Assembly (NCBI GenBank): GCA_963678065.2
Contig: CAXXVZ010000005.1
Span: 768,001-832,000, forward strand
Direction of reading: 5' to 3'
Length of the DNA: 64,000 nucleotides
Origin: Treponemataceae bacterium
Lineage (GTDB): Bacteria; Spirochaetota; Spirochaetia; Treponematales; Rectinemataceae
Shown here: one piece after another, positions 20,103-31,146 of the stretch
Numbering within the stretch: the stretch's first letter is position 1
Layout of the letters: each line of letters begins with the position of its first letter
The notes under the pieces: model-generated
Seen by the model: the letters and a program-made list of their open reading frames with translations, nothing else
The model's database searches: none
What the model was told of the DNA's origin: nothing
Program-made: the position numbers and the translations under genes

Positions 20103-20843
20103 TTATTCCTCCTTCTTTGCAGAGATGCGATATGACTCCCCTGACAGGGAGAAAATCTTTGCGTGATGCATGAGACGATCCAACAGGGCTGCGGTCATAA
20201 CCTCGTCGCCCATGAGTTCTGACCAAGAGTTCAGGTCCTTGTTGCTCGTCACGACGATAGAGGCACGTTCATAGAGATCCGAGACGAAGGTGAAAAAGAG
20301 ATTGGCTTCCTTGCGCTCGATAGGAGTGTAGCCAATCTCATCAATGATCATGAGGTTGGCCTTCGCGAGCCGGCTTAGCCTGAACTGAGCGCTGCGTGCG
20401 GCGTCAGAGCGCACGAGGAGCTTCACCAGTGAGGTCATGCGCTCGTAACAAACCGAATAGCCTTTGCGTACGGCCACATGGCCAAGAGCGATTGCGAGAT
20501 GGGTCTTTCCGAGTCCAGGAGGCCCGAAGAGCAGAAGGTTCTCGTGACGGTCTATCCAAGAGCACTCGGTGAGCTCAGAGAGGTCTCGTTTTCCAATTCC
20601 TGCTACTCGGCCGAGTTTGAAATCCTCGAGGCGCTTTACGACGGGAAAATGGGCCATGGCGAGGCCTCGTTTGAGGCGCCTGTCGCCGCGATCCTGTAGT
20701 TCGACGTCCACGAGGGTCTCGAGGAAGGCAAGGCATGTCAGTCCCCCGCTTTCAGCTTGTTTAAGAAGCTCAGGAAGCCGTGACGACGCGCCACGAAGCC
20801 GCAGGGACTCCAGTTTACGAGCGGATTCTGCGAGGGCGCTCAT
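20103..20843 (-). CDS. istB: IS21 helper ATPase
   Basis: GPPGLGKT, IIDEIGY, LLDRLMHH. Confidence 0.93.
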   Translation of the reverse strand: MSALAESARKLESLRLRGASSRLPELLKQAESGGLTCLAFLETLVDVELQDRGDRRLKRGLAMAHFPVVKRLEDFKLGRVAGIGKRDLSELTECSWIDRHENLLLFGPPGLGKTHLAIALGHVAVRKGYSVCYERMTSLVKLLVRSDAARSAQFRLSRLAKANLMIIDEIGYTPIERKEANLFFTFVSDLYERASIVVTSNKDLNSWSELMGDEVMTAALLDRLMHHAKIFSLSGESYRISAKKEE

Positions 20844-22387
20844 TCTTCGTGCCTCTGCGTATCGACGAGCGCGTCGAGGAATCGCTGATACTCGCTGACC
20901 GAGCGTGTGGCAACTAGTGGAAGGTCTCTGGTTTGATGAAGGCCGCGGTACGGCGAAGGCGCCACTGCGGGCACTGGCGTCGTGCTGTTGACCGCGTCGA
21001 TGAGATCCTGGGCGCTTGCAAGTCCTCTATCCAGGCAGAACTTCAATGCAAGCACGAGTTTCTCTCTGTCGATGTTGCGCTTGAGAAGCTTCCGAAGTCG
21101 GCCAGCGTGCTCCCGGAAGTAGCGTCGATACTCGGTATAGATACCATCGACGAAGCTCCCCCACTCGGGAAGATCATCTACTGCGGCGACAAGATCCGCG
21201 CGGAGCGTTTCCTGGGATCCTTCGCGATCGCGATAGTGAGCCTTGTCCAGCACCGTTCCGCCGGGTGTTGCCGCTTCGCGATGCGCCGCGATCTGGATAC
21301 CCGTCTTCGTATCGAATACCAGGATGAGTCCGTCCTTGCGCTCGATAGTGACCTCGTTGAGCCGGTACGAGTTCGGCACCGAGTACCTGGTCGCGGCGAT
21401 CGATATAAGGCTTTTCTGATCCACGTTACGGCTCTCTCGGCAGCCCGATGCGGTGTCCGCGCGGAAAATAGACGCTCGGAGCGCCCGCAAGACGGGTTTC
21501 TCGTGCGCTTCGAAGTCCGCGAGCGGCATGAGACGCGTGGCTTGGCTCAGTTTTGCGTTCACTCGTAAGAGCCATTTGCGCATGCCTGCCTGGAGTTCGT
21601 CGAAGGTCGCGAAGCTGCGGCTCGAGAAATAGCTCGTTTTGACGTATTTGACCGCATTCTCGACCTTTCCTTTCGATTCCGGATCGGCCGCACGGCAGAC
21701 ACGGAGCCGCAGTCCCTGTTCTGCGACGAACTCAGCAAAGGCTTTTGTCGTCGTGAGGTCGCCAAGGTTTTCCGTCACAATCATTGTCCGGTCCTGATCC
21801 ATGACGAGTTCTTCGGTGATACCGCCAAAAAACTCGAAGGCGTCCAGGAGATGGCCGATCACATCCTCGCTGGTAAAGGGCCTGGATTGGGCCGCTACGT
21901 AGCGGTAACGGCTTCGTGAGAGTACTACGACAACAAACCAAGCCTTTCCGATGTTCGTCGTCTCTACGCCGAAATCAATCTGAGCCTGCTTGCCGTAGGC
22001 CAGAGGCTCCACAGGACGATATTCCCGACACAGGCCCACCTTAATCGCACCGGATGCCTTGAGATACGTCAGGTAGTTCCGCAACGTACGGTCCGAGCCT
22101 GGAAGCTCTCCGTATTTCTCGCTTAAGTAGTCGTGGACGGACGATGAGTAGACCATTCTGCCTTCGTGGTTCTTTTTAAAAATCTCGAGGATTTCGTCCT
22201 TGTAGACCGAAAAAGCCTTACCGCGTTCTGCCATTCGCTCGAGATACCGTAAGAATTGGTCATTGTCCATGCGCAGGTACTTTCTCACGGTCTTGCGGTC
22301 CTTGCCAAGTTTTACCGCTAGTGCGCTGACTGTGAGTCCTTGCCTGTGCCCTGTTCGTACGATGTTGTAGTCCTTCATGGTAATCAT
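20840..22387 (-). CDS. istA: IS21 transposase
   Basis: QAQIDFG, PESKGKVEN. Confidence 0.93.
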   Translation of the reverse strand: MITMKDYNIVRTGHRQGLTVSALAVKLGKDRKTVRKYLRMDNDQFLRYLERMAERGKAFSVYKDEILEIFKKNHEGRMVYSSSVHDYLSEKYGELPGSDRTLRNYLTYLKASGAIKVGLCREYRPVEPLAYGKQAQIDFGVETTNIGKAWFVVVVLSRSRYRYVAAQSRPFTSEDVIGHLLDAFEFFGGITEELVMDQDRTMIVTENLGDLTTTKAFAEFVAEQGLRLRVCRAADPESKGKVENAVKYVKTSYFSSRSFATFDELQAGMRKWLLRVNAKLSQATRLMPLADFEAHEKPVLRALRASIFRADTASGCRESRNVDQKSLISIAATRYSVPNSYRLNEVTIERKDGLILVFDTKTGIQIAAHREAATPGGTVLDKAHYRDREGSQETLRADLVAAVDDLPEWGSFVDGIYTEYRRYFREHAGRLRKLLKRNIDREKLVLALKFCLDRGLASAQDLIDAVNSTTPVPAVAPSPYRGLHQTRDLPLVATRSVSEYQRFLDALVDTQRHEE

Positions 22388-22648
22388 TTCTTGTGCCGCA
22401 TGCTCGCAAGCATAGCGGCCAAGGCCCCTGTGGGTGGGGAATCCTATTTGCCAACTGCTGGGGAATTCAGTTTACCATTTCCAGCACCTAACGTTTGCCT
22501 GCCTACGACGTTGTGGCGAGCATCGGCGAGCCACAATGTGCCTGAGCGGAATGAGCGCATGCGAGTGCAGCGATGGCCGAAGAAGGAGCCGCAGGCGACT
22601 GATGAGCGTGGGCAGTGCTGTTAGCGGCTGTTTTGCTGCGCTCTTCTC

Positions 22649-23059
22649 CTATCCTCTATATACCTTTATCTTCCCATGTTTTTCCATGTTTTCAAAATCA
22701 TTATCGTTATGCAGTAGTGGTACTTTGGCCATATTTGCATACGTAGCTATTAGGCAATCATATGGTTTTCGTATCGTCACGCCTTTTTTTCTCAATCCTC
22801 TATACAGATCTATTGCATTTTTTGTCACTTCAAGAATATCAAAATCTAACATATGATAACTTTCCATAATCTCTTTCATATCTTTATACACTTTTTCTTC
22901 TCGTATTCCCTGTAAGATCTCTTGATAGATTATAGGACAGAGTAGTATTTTCTGATTATTGAGCAACAGATCATGCAACATATCTACTTCAGGGAGTGCT
23001 TCTTTATTTTCACTAAAATATTCTATCCAGACTGACGTATCGACTACTACTCCTATCAT
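22649..23059 (-). CDS. vapC: PIN/VapC toxin
   Basis: VVDTSVWI...DCLIA...LLHND.DF. Confidence 0.9.
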   Translation of the reverse strand: MIGVVVDTSVWIEYFSENKEALPEVDMLHDLLLNNQKILLCPIIYQEILQGIREEKVYKDMKEIMESYHMLDFDILEVTKNAIDLYRGLRKKGVTIRKPYDCLIATYANMAKVPLLHNDNDFENMEKHGKIKVYRG

Positions 23060-23250
23060 CTCATTGTTCTCATTTCTTCAAGATTCCCTTCCCAGATATT
23101 TTTTCCTCGGTACTTTATTATTTTTTTCCGAGTATATGCCCGAATATATTCTTCAAGAGCCAGATTGATAACAGCTTTTTTTGTCGTCGCGCCACTAAGG
23201 TTCATAGCTTCTTTGACGAGAGTATCATCAAGTTCAATATTGGTTCTCAT
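23056..23250 (-). CDS. vapB: VapB antitoxin (DUF2191-like)
   Basis: MRTNIELDD.LV.EAM. Confidence 0.85.
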   Translation of the reverse strand: MRTNIELDDTLVKEAMNLSGATTKKAVINLALEEYIRAYTRKKIIKYRGKNIWEGNLEEMRTMR

Positions 23251-23511
23251 ATTAATCCTCCATACACATTCCATATATAATACATACACATACATCAGTC
23301 AAGGCATTAGTAAATACATTTACGGCATAACGTTATATGCTATCTGATCTCGCGCAGCAATATTGCCGCTAACGTTCGCCTGCCTACGACGTTGTGGCGA
23401 GCATCGGCGAGCCACAATGTGCCTGAGCGGAATGAGCGTTAGCGAGTGCAGCGATGGCCGAAGAAGGAGCCACAGGCGACTGATGAGCGTGGGCAGTGCT
23501 GTTAGCTGACG

Positions 23512-24306
23512 TTATTTTTTTGCCACTATCAGGTTGTGACTACTTGCTCCCAAACTTGAAAAACAATGTGCTGTACTGATGTGATACTCCCGTAATGCAT
23601 TAAACTCATTTTCATTCATTTTTTCTATATTTGACTTTATCATCGTATACATCCCATCCGATGCACTATGCTCTATTATTCTTAATCCACTTAACTCTAC
23701 TTCATGCTCAATATCTTCCGGTGTTGTGTAGTAACTTATATTCAAAAATGAATCTTTAAAATCGTGTTTCTCCCATGTCGTTTTTAAGAACTCTTCATAC
23801 TCTGCTTTTGAAAAATAGATATTGTTTTTCATAAAGTACGCCAATGCGAATGCTTTATTTATATATGCAATACATACTAATCCATCATCCTTGATAACCC
23901 GTTTTGCCTCTCGTAATGATTGTATCCGTTCTTTTTGTGCCCGTAGATGGTAATATGGACCTAAACTCAATACTGCATCAAATTCTGAATCAGAAAAACA
24001 CGATAAATCGGTTGCATTTACGTTCTGTACCGAGATATTCAAGAGATTGTTTGCTGTTATTGTTTTTTCAATTTCATTGACATTTTCCTGAACCACATCA
24101 GTTGCTACAACGGAATGCCCTTGTTTTGCTAAATTAATTGAATATATTCCATGACCTGCGCCTAATTCCAGTATTCTCGATGAAGGTCGAAGATACTTTT
24201 GAAACAGGTGCATGTTTGTAAAAAACTCAAGTGAATTTGCTTTGCTTGAAAACAATCTATCACGCTCAATCGGAAACTGATAATAAGTATCAAGTTTAGT
24301 GTTCAT
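23512..24306 (-). CDS. Class I SAM-dependent methyltransferase
   Basis: ILELGAGHG, FDAVLSLGPYYHL. Confidence 0.88.
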   Translation of the reverse strand: MNTKLDTYYQFPIERDRLFSSKANSLEFFTNMHLFQKYLRPSSRILELGAGHGIYSINLAKQGHSVVATDVVQENVNEIEKTITANNLLNISVQNVNATDLSCFSDSEFDAVLSLGPYYHLRAQKERIQSLREAKRVIKDDGLVCIAYINKAFALAYFMKNNIYFSKAEYEEFLKTTWEKHDFKDSFLNISYYTTPEDIEHEVELSGLRIIEHSASDGMYTMIKSNIEKMNENEFNALREYHISTAHCFSSLGASSHNLIVAKK

Positions 24307-24329
24307 TATCTTCTCTTCAAAAAAATAAT

Positions 24330-25603
24330 GGCTCTTCGCTGTTTCATGTGGGTAACTGCCCCAGTTTACCGGCGACAATGTAGGTCATGATCTTGAGATT
24401 TTTGATAGTTCGGAATCCTCTGGCTCTGGTCTTTGCTGACTGAATCAGACTATTCAACGATTCAAGAAGCCCATTTGTCACTCCGGATGTAAGCCACCGA
24501 ACGACTCCATTCCAGTGTCGTTTGAGCATCGCAGCAAAATTGATGATTGGGGTAAGCTGTGATCGTGTTGCCCATACTCTCCATTTTTTAAGTTCTTCTA
24601 TGGCTCGAGAAGCCGAGAATTCGAAAAGTCCCTTGAAAATGTTCATCATTCGCCATGCTCGCCCTGTTTTTAACTGTAATCCTGACAAGGTGTTGAGACG
24701 GGCCAAATTCTTAACCGACAGATTGTAGGGGTTGCTCAACCAGACATATTTCGAACCTCTGAGTACCGTTTCCATCGTTGATTCTTCTTTCCGCACGTCG
24801 TTGACTGCTTCACCCAGAAGCTTCATGACATGAAACCGATCAAACGTGAGAGCAGCCTGGGGAAGATGCTCTTCGATCCCGGACATGAACGCCGGCGACA
24901 TATCGGTACAGACCGTCCGTGATAGCAGTTTTCGAGCCTCCATGGGCTTCCAGATGCTCTGTAAAGGCTTTTATAGTGGATGCATCCTTGCCTTCGGTCA
25001 CATATATGGCTTTCCCTGTATCGAGATCGGCCACAACGGTGATGTATGAGTGTCCGCGTTTGGCTGCTGTTTCGTCGATTCCGATTCGTGTGGTTTTCGA
25101 TAAATCTTGTGTAGCCACGTCTTCGGAAACATAATGGTCCATAATTCGCCACACTCGCGTATCGGTGGTAGCTGTCAGTCTGGAAACTGCCTTGACGCTC
25201 ATTTCCTTGACCATGATCATCATGAGGGCTTCGTACAGCAGGGTAAATCCCGATCCTTTACGCGCCCACGGGATATCAATCAGATGAACGCCATGCTCAG
25301 GACAGTCTATCCGCGGAACTCGTGCATGCAGATAGGCTTCATGCTGGAAAAAATTGAGGTGACGCCATGTTTTGGGCATCGTATCGTAGGCTGTACCCTT
25401 GTAATCGCAGGAAAAACACGGAAAACGACTCCCGGGCTTGAACCCAAGCTGTATATCAAGCCGATGTTCTGTTGGTTTGAACTCTATGTTCTCAACAATC
25501 CAGGGTTCAGATAATCCAAGCGCAAGGGCGAATAGTTCTACGTCTTTCATGCTGCTCATCCTACCATGCTTCCTTGGTTACCCACACGATTCGTTGAAGA
25601 GCC
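24330..25603 (-). mobile_element. ISL3-family IS, copy 1 (1274 bp), no 8-bp DR
   Basis: TIR GGCTCTTC...GAAGAGCC. Confidence 0.9.
24344..25559 (-). pseudogene. ISL3 transposase with a +1 frameshift
   Basis: ORFs 24840-25559 (Zn finger, IGIDET) and 24344-24943 (DMSPAF, DRFHV), with one extra G near 24913. Confidence 0.85.
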
Positions 25604-26010
25604 ATAATTTCTAAATACTCTTCTGCATTTACAATACTCATCTCGTTCTCAACATAATCATCACTATTTCTTGTTATTAATACTTTGATCCCATTTTCCA
25701 ATGCTGCATAATATTGTATTGCATCCTCAAGATCTTTGAACTTTGATGCTAATACCAGATCTATGATCTTTTCATTAACAGTCAATATTTTGGTCAATAA
25801 TCTCAATTTCCGAAGATGAATCAATGCTTCATTCTGAGATGATGCTTTTCTCAATATATAAAAAAGATTTGAGAATATTACTGGACTAATATATACTTCG
25901 ATTTTCCCTTTTTCTGCCATCGAGAATACTTTTGCTGCTGCTGGATAGAATGGCTGCCGCTTCAGAAACATATCCAGGATTATATCTGTATCGATAAATA
26001 CTTTGTTCAT
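25604..26010 (-). CDS. PIN toxin, C-terminus clipped by ISL3 (reads on to 25561)
   Basis: VFIDTDIILD...DLEDAIQY...ITRN. Confidence 0.82.
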
Positions 26011-26252
26011 TTGCATTTATCCATAAGATAATTTACATATTCATCATCCATGGATGCGACATCCACATCGTTCAGGATGCCAGATAATTCCATAACAATA
26101 GGCGAATAGTGTGGTTCACCTTTTTCCTCAAGAGAAAGAATCCTAAAATAGTCCTCAACCAATCGGGAAAGACTTCGTTTCCGTTTTTGAGCATATACTT
26201 TGGCGGTTTCTATAACCGATTGATCCAACTTGAGAGTCAGCTTTGTTTCCAT
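26007..26252 (-). CDS. Putative RHH antitoxin (DUF6364-like)
   Basis: KLTLKLD..VIE.AK.YA.....SLSRLVEDYF. Confidence 0.8.
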   Translation of the reverse strand: METKLTLKLDQSVIETAKVYAQKRKRSLSRLVEDYFRILSLEEKGEPHYSPIVMELSGILNDVDVASMDDEYVNYLMDKCK

Positions 26253-26464
26253 ACAACACCTCTATACGTATTATACTAATCAATACACTACGTATAGTCA
26301 ACATCTTCTCCTGCTCTCTCGGGGGAATTTCACATAACGTTCTGCCTGTTTGCGACGATGGCGTGAGCATCGGCGAGCGCCATTGTGCCTGAGCGGAATG
26401 AGCGCATGCGAGTGCAGCGAATGGCCGAAGAGGGAGCCTGCGACCGATGAGCGTGAACAGCGCT

Positions 26465-26596
26465 GTTAGTTGCAGTCGTGACCTTCGAGCGCGCTTGGAT
26501 GGGGAGACTTGTCTCCTCATCCAATGCTATATCTTGCGCGCGTTCTTCTCTTCCTCTTCTCTTACCCTTATTTTTTCTTTCACGATTGCAACTAAC
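26465..26596. other. ORF-less hairpin cassette copy 2
   Basis: Near-identical to 1152-1285. Confidence 0.9.
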
Positions 26597-26749
26597 GTTC
26601 GCCTGCCTACGACGTTGTGGCGAGCATCGGCGAGCCACAATGTGCCTGAGCGAAACGAGCGCAAGCGAGTGCAGCGATGGCCGAAGAAGGAGCCGTAGGC
26701 GACTGATGAGCGTGGGCAGTGCTGTTATGTGCTGTTCCCGCGCCATCTT

Positions 26750-27022
26750 CTATTTATATGCGTCTTTCCTATTCTCGATATCCAGAATAAATATTATTAC
26801 TTTATCTTCAACTATTTTGTAGAATACTCTATAATCCCCTATCCTAAATCGATATACCTCTTTCAATTCACCTTTCAATTTCTTGATGTTATTCCCAAAA
26901 TATGGATTCTCTCGCAATACTGGATACACAAAATCATGTATTTTTGCGTAGAGCTGACGATACTTTGGTGACTTGATTTTTTTCTGAAACGTTTCAGTTT
27001 CAGCTATTTTAAAATCAGCCAA
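26750..27022 (-). CDS. relE: RelE/ParE toxin
   Basis: IKKLKG....YRFRIGDYRVFY. Confidence 0.9.
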   Translation of the reverse strand: MADFKIAETETFQKKIKSPKYRQLYAKIHDFVYPVLRENPYFGNNIKKLKGELKEVYRFRIGDYRVFYKIVEDKVIIFILDIENRKDAYK

Positions 27023-27248
27023 TTATGTGATACCGCCCTGCTTCAATATCAGAAAGACCCTTTCTAATATCAGTTTCAAATTTCAATATCTCATTCATCT
27101 CAAACTCATCAACAGAGGAATCATTGACTATATAATTGAGCGTTGCATATTCAATGAAGTTAGAGATTGTCCGTTTTTGACCATCGGCAGCTTTTTTGAA
27201 GAGATCATACACTTTTTCATCCATTCGCACGGTTATCGTTTTTGCCAT
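27015..27248 (-). CDS. RHH antitoxin
   Basis: KTITVRMDE...TISNFI, coupled to RelE. Confidence 0.8.
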   Translation of the reverse strand: MAKTITVRMDEKVYDLFKKAADGQKRTISNFIEYATLNYIVNDSSVDEFEMNEILKFETDIRKGLSDIEAGRYHIIG

Positions 27249-27563
27249 ATTCACCTCATGCTTCAAATATATTCTATTTCATTCAATATAGCAATATATG
27301 AACCATAAAAATGAATCTATTCACGACGATCAAAACAATGAAACAGAATCATTTATAATTTGGATATAGAATTGACTACACAAAAATGTATCACGATTAC
27401 GTAGTTTCACACAAACCATGCGGGAATTGCACATAACGTTCTGCCTGTTTGCGACGATGGCGTGAGCATCGGCGAGCGCCATTGTGCCTGAGCGGAATGA
27501 GCGCATGCGAGTGCAGCGAATGGCCGAAGAGGGAGCCTGCGACCGATGAGCGTGAACAGCGCT

Positions 27564-27695
27564 GTTAGTTGCAGTCGTGACCTTCGAGCGCGCTTGGATG
27601 GGGAGACTTGTCTCCTCATCCAATGCTATATCTTGCGCGCGTTCTTCTCTTCCTCTTCTCTTACCCTTATTTTTTCTTTCACGATTGCAACTAAC
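27564..27695. other. ORF-less hairpin cassette copy 3
   Basis: Near-identical to 1152-1285. Confidence 0.9.
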
Positions 27696-27846
27696 GTTCG
27701 CCTGCCTACGACGTTGTGGCGAGCATCGGCGAGCCACAATGTGCCTGAGCGGAACGAGCGCAAGCGAGTGCAATGAAGGCCGAAGAAGGAGCCGCAGGCG
27801 ACTGATGAGCGTGGGCAGTGCTGTTAGCCGCTGTGATCCATTTTTC

Positions 27847-28176
27847 TTACTTTTTCAATAATTTCTTTATCAATATATCCTGTACATTTCTTCTACCATC
27901 TATTACTTCATATACATAGACCGTATCAGCACTTATTGTATAAATAATTCTCCACGGTGTTTCAATCAATTCTCTATACTCAGTAATATTTTGATCCATT
28001 AATTCAGGAACAATTCTTCCCTGCTCAGGAAACTGTCCCAACCTCATTATTTTCTCATACAATCTATCAAATATCTTGAATGCTATTTCCTTATTATCCA
28101 ATGCGATATACATAACAATATCATTGAGATCTTCTTCCGCTGAGTTCAGAATCTTGACTTCAAATTTCTGACTCAT
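27847..28176 (-). CDS. ParE/RelE toxin
   Basis: AEEDL.DI..YIA.D...FPEQGRIVPE...WRIIY...DGRR. Confidence 0.88.
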   Translation of the reverse strand: MSQKFEVKILNSAEEDLNDIVMYIALDNKEIAFKIFDRLYEKIMRLGQFPEQGRIVPELMDQNITEYRELIETPWRIIYTISADTVYVYEVIDGRRNVQDILIKKLLKK

Positions 28177-28457
28177 TTTATAGTCTCAAGCTTTTTCTTC
28201 AAATCCTTAAACACATCTTGTGCATCTCTGAATTTTCCCTCAACCTTATCCTTTTCTGCCAATTGGAGAATATTCATCAATGCAAATGCAGTTTGCATGT
28301 TCTGGAATGATTCAATATCCAATAGGACAGCTCGGGCTTCACCATTTTGAGTGATAATGACTGGATTCCGACATTCATTCACATATTTCATCATATCAGC
28401 AGCATTTGTCTTAATATATGAAATAGGTTTTATATCAGCCTTCAGATTGATTGCCAT
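28173..28457 (-). CDS. Phd/YefM antitoxin
   Basis: IKPISYIK...PVIITQNGEARAVL. Confidence 0.88.
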   Translation of the reverse strand: MAINLKADIKPISYIKTNAADMMKYVNECRNPVIITQNGEARAVLLDIESFQNMQTAFALMNILQLAEKDKVEGKFRDAQDVFKDLKKKLETIK

Positions 28458-28732
28458 ACATATCTCCTGTGTATCAGTACTTATATAATACAATATATGC
28501 ACTGAATACGCAAGGTACACAATCCACTAGAAATCATAAAGCCCACTATCTTCTCTCAAAATGGATCATTGCGGCTAACGTTCTGCCTGTTTGCGACGAT
28601 GGCGTGAGCATCGGCGAACGCCATTGTGCCTGAGCGGAATGAGCGCATGCGAGTGGAGCGAATGGCCGAAGAGGGAGCCTGCATGTGTTTCGTCAAGGCG
28701 AAATACCCGAAAAAATCGTACAAAAACACCCA

Positions 28733-29512
28733 TCAGCCGGTGGGTAATTGTGCCTGGCCTTTCTGCCGCATGAGTGCGTGTTTCATCCGGTAGCTTTCAC
28801 CTTCGAAGAGAATAATGTGACCATGGTGGGCAAGCCTGTCGATCATGGCGGCAGCCATCTGATCGTCCGTGAAGATTGTCCCCCATTTGGAGAATTCAAG
28901 ATTGGTCGTGAGAATAACGCTTCGGCGCTCATAGGAATCGGAAATTATCCTGAACAGGAGCTGGGCTCCTTGCCGGTCGACGGGGACATAGCCCCATTCG
29001 TCTATGATCAAGAGATCAGCCCGAGCGATGGACATAACAAGCCGCTCAAGCGAGCCTTCCTTAAGGGCTTCGGAAAGCCTTACCACCAGCTCTGCAGCGG
29101 TAAAGAACCTGGTACGGAAGGTGCGAGAGCACGCGGTGACGCCAAGGGCTGTGGCAAGATGTGTCTTTCCAGTTCCAACGGGGCCGTAAAGCACCAAGTT
29201 TTTCTTCTCGGCGACGAACTGGGTGGTCATCATTTCCTGTTTCGAAAGCGCCGGCGGCAGCTTCACGCAGGAGAAATCAAAGCCCTCGAAGGTTTTGTAG
29301 ACGGGGAAGGCCGCTTCATGAAGGAATCGTGCCCTGCGGACATCGTCGCGGTTAGCCATCTCTCGCTTCAGGATCTTCAGGAGAAACTCTTCCTGGGGTG
29401 CCTTGGCCTCTTCCTCGCAGATCTTTACCGCGGTCTGGCTGAAGGCCATCTTGCGCAGCAGTACGGAGATTTCGCTGCGCAGTTCGGCACGATTGACACG
29501 CGCTTTTCTCAT
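28733..29512 (-). CDS. istB: IS21 helper ATPase
   Basis: GPVGTGKT, IIDEWGY, IDRLAHH. Confidence 0.93.
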   Translation of the reverse strand: MRKARVNRAELRSEISVLLRKMAFSQTAVKICEEEAKAPQEEFLLKILKREMANRDDVRRARFLHEAAFPVYKTFEGFDFSCVKLPPALSKQEMMTTQFVAEKKNLVLYGPVGTGKTHLATALGVTACSRTFRTRFFTAAELVVRLSEALKEGSLERLVMSIARADLLIIDEWGYVPVDRQGAQLLFRIISDSYERRSVILTTNLEFSKWGTIFTDDQMAAAMIDRLAHHGHIILFEGESYRMKHALMRQKGQAQLPTG

Positions 29513-30981
29513 GACACGGTCTCCGAGTTGCTCATGAGGGCGCGATCGTAGGCTCCGAGGTCGGGTCCCTCGGAGGGAATGCCGTGAAGCCCATCAAAGG
29601 CGACCCTGGAAGCAACCGCGCTAAGGCTGAAACTGTCCAGCCGGCCTCGGGCAATCGCTTCCTCAAGCGAGGTCATGGCGACGTCGAACCCAAAGGTCGT
29701 ACTGCTTTTCACCAGGACTTTCAGCACATTGCGCAGATCAGGCTTTGAGAGTTCGTCCATCGCGACTCGTATGGTATCGTCAACGCCTGCCCTAAAGGCG
29801 CTATTGATCCATGCGCCAGGCTTCTTCATGAGGGTTTCAAGGCTTGTTCGGTAATCGCAGCTGTCGCTCCGCTCGTCGCCATAGACTCTTCGGTGGACAC
29901 ACAACGGGGTTCCTTCGCTGCGGTACACGACGAGTTCATGCGCCTTGAGCCCTACGGTCACTTCGCTGTTCCCGCATTCGGGAGCGCTTGAATACCAATG
30001 CTTTCCGTCAATGCAGAACTTTCCGTAGCCATCCGTGGATACTCGCTCGAAACGCTCGACGATGAAGCTTCGCACCGGCAAAAGCCCTAAAGACTGCCGC
30101 TCCTCTTCGAACAACTCGGCAATATTCTGATTTTTCTTGTAATGCGATCGGTCATGATCTTTCGCCGCTTTTTCGAGCAATTCCTTGTTCCAAGACTCGA
30201 GGCTGTCCACAACCGGCAGAGGAACGAAGAAGTTCCTTCTCGCATAGCCGATCTTGTTTTCGACATTCCCTTTCTCATGGCCTGAAGCAGGGTTGCAGAA
30301 GCTGACCGCAAAGCCATAGTGGCATTTGAACCGAAGGAAAAGCTGGCTCAAGGTGACACGGTCGCGGACCCGTCTGCCTACGCCCGTTGCGTTGTCGAAC
30401 ACGATCCTGGCGGGAACGCCACCTATGTGGCTGAATATATCTTTGAGCCCCTGGGAAACACATTCGGCCGTCTCGCCGCTGAAACACTGCGTAAAGCCCG
30501 CATTGCTGAAGGGAAAGGTCAAGGTCAGGTATTTGACGGTCCTTCGAACGCCGGCCTCGATCAGTTCTGCCTCTCCGAAATCGGCCTGCGCCTCGCCTTT
30601 CGACCAGACGAGCTCAAGAAACCCCTCCGCTTCTTTCCTGGCCGCTTTCCGCCGTTTGACATAGCGCTGGACCAAAGGATATGAGCAGTCGTAGTCGTCG
30701 GGGTGTTCTTCCAGAAGCCTTGTATGGATCCTCATGGCCCTATGGCGCTGCTTGAAACGCATCTTCAGGTCTTCGGCAAGCCATTGATCGATGGTTGGCT
30801 TCCATCGATCAAGTTTCGAGGGAAGCTCGCGGGGCACTTCGGTAGAGGCGTTGAAGTCCTCCTGCTTCATATACTTCGCTGTTGTTTTTCGATCGATTCC
30901 CAGCCGTTCAGCGATCTCGCAGGGACCATAGCCCTGCCTTTGCAAATCTTTGACGTGATCAATCTGGTTCATGTGGAGCAT
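29509..30981 (-). CDS. istA: IS21 transposase
   Basis: AQADFG, VFDN, EKGNVEN. Confidence 0.93.
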   Translation of the reverse strand: MLHMNQIDHVKDLQRQGYGPCEIAERLGIDRKTTAKYMKQEDFNASTEVPRELPSKLDRWKPTIDQWLAEDLKMRFKQRHRAMRIHTRLLEEHPDDYDCSYPLVQRYVKRRKAARKEAEGFLELVWSKGEAQADFGEAELIEAGVRRTVKYLTLTFPFSNAGFTQCFSGETAECVSQGLKDIFSHIGGVPARIVFDNATGVGRRVRDRVTLSQLFLRFKCHYGFAVSFCNPASGHEKGNVENKIGYARRNFFVPLPVVDSLESWNKELLEKAAKDHDRSHYKKNQNIAELFEEERQSLGLLPVRSFIVERFERVSTDGYGKFCIDGKHWYSSAPECGNSEVTVGLKAHELVVYRSEGTPLCVHRRVYGDERSDSCDYRTSLETLMKKPGAWINSAFRAGVDDTIRVAMDELSKPDLRNVLKVLVKSSTTFGFDVAMTSLEEAIARGRLDSFSLSAVASRVAFDGLHGIPSEGPDLGAYDRALMSNSETVS

Positions 30982-31146
30982 TCCCTCCTCCCTGCTGGAT
31001 AAATCCTACAGGGTTTTCATCGCCACTTCCTCCCCACGATTTTTATGGGGAATTCTGACGATTTTTCTGTCCATTCCAGTTTGATCTTTTCGGGTATTTC
31101 TAGATTACGCTACACAAGCCTGCGACCGATGAGCGTGAACAGCGCT

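Larger units (their letters stand above)
20042..22483 (-). mobile_element. IS21-family element A, copy 1, inside attC
   Basis: TGGAAATGG...CCATTTCCA ends, istA/istB, flanked by a 103-bp duplication. Confidence 0.92.
28684..31116 (-). mobile_element. IS21-family element B, inside attC
   Basis: TGTGT...GAAATACCCGAAAA TIRs, DR AGCCTGC(A/G). Confidence 0.92.

Noticed and set aside
24301..25615. 5-bp DR ATAAT giving a natural PIN-methyltransferase operon with a TAATG overlap
   Set aside because: The sister ISL3 makes an 8-bp DR, and the terminal-IR evidence points to an attC deletion. The match is probably chance in AT-rich DNA.
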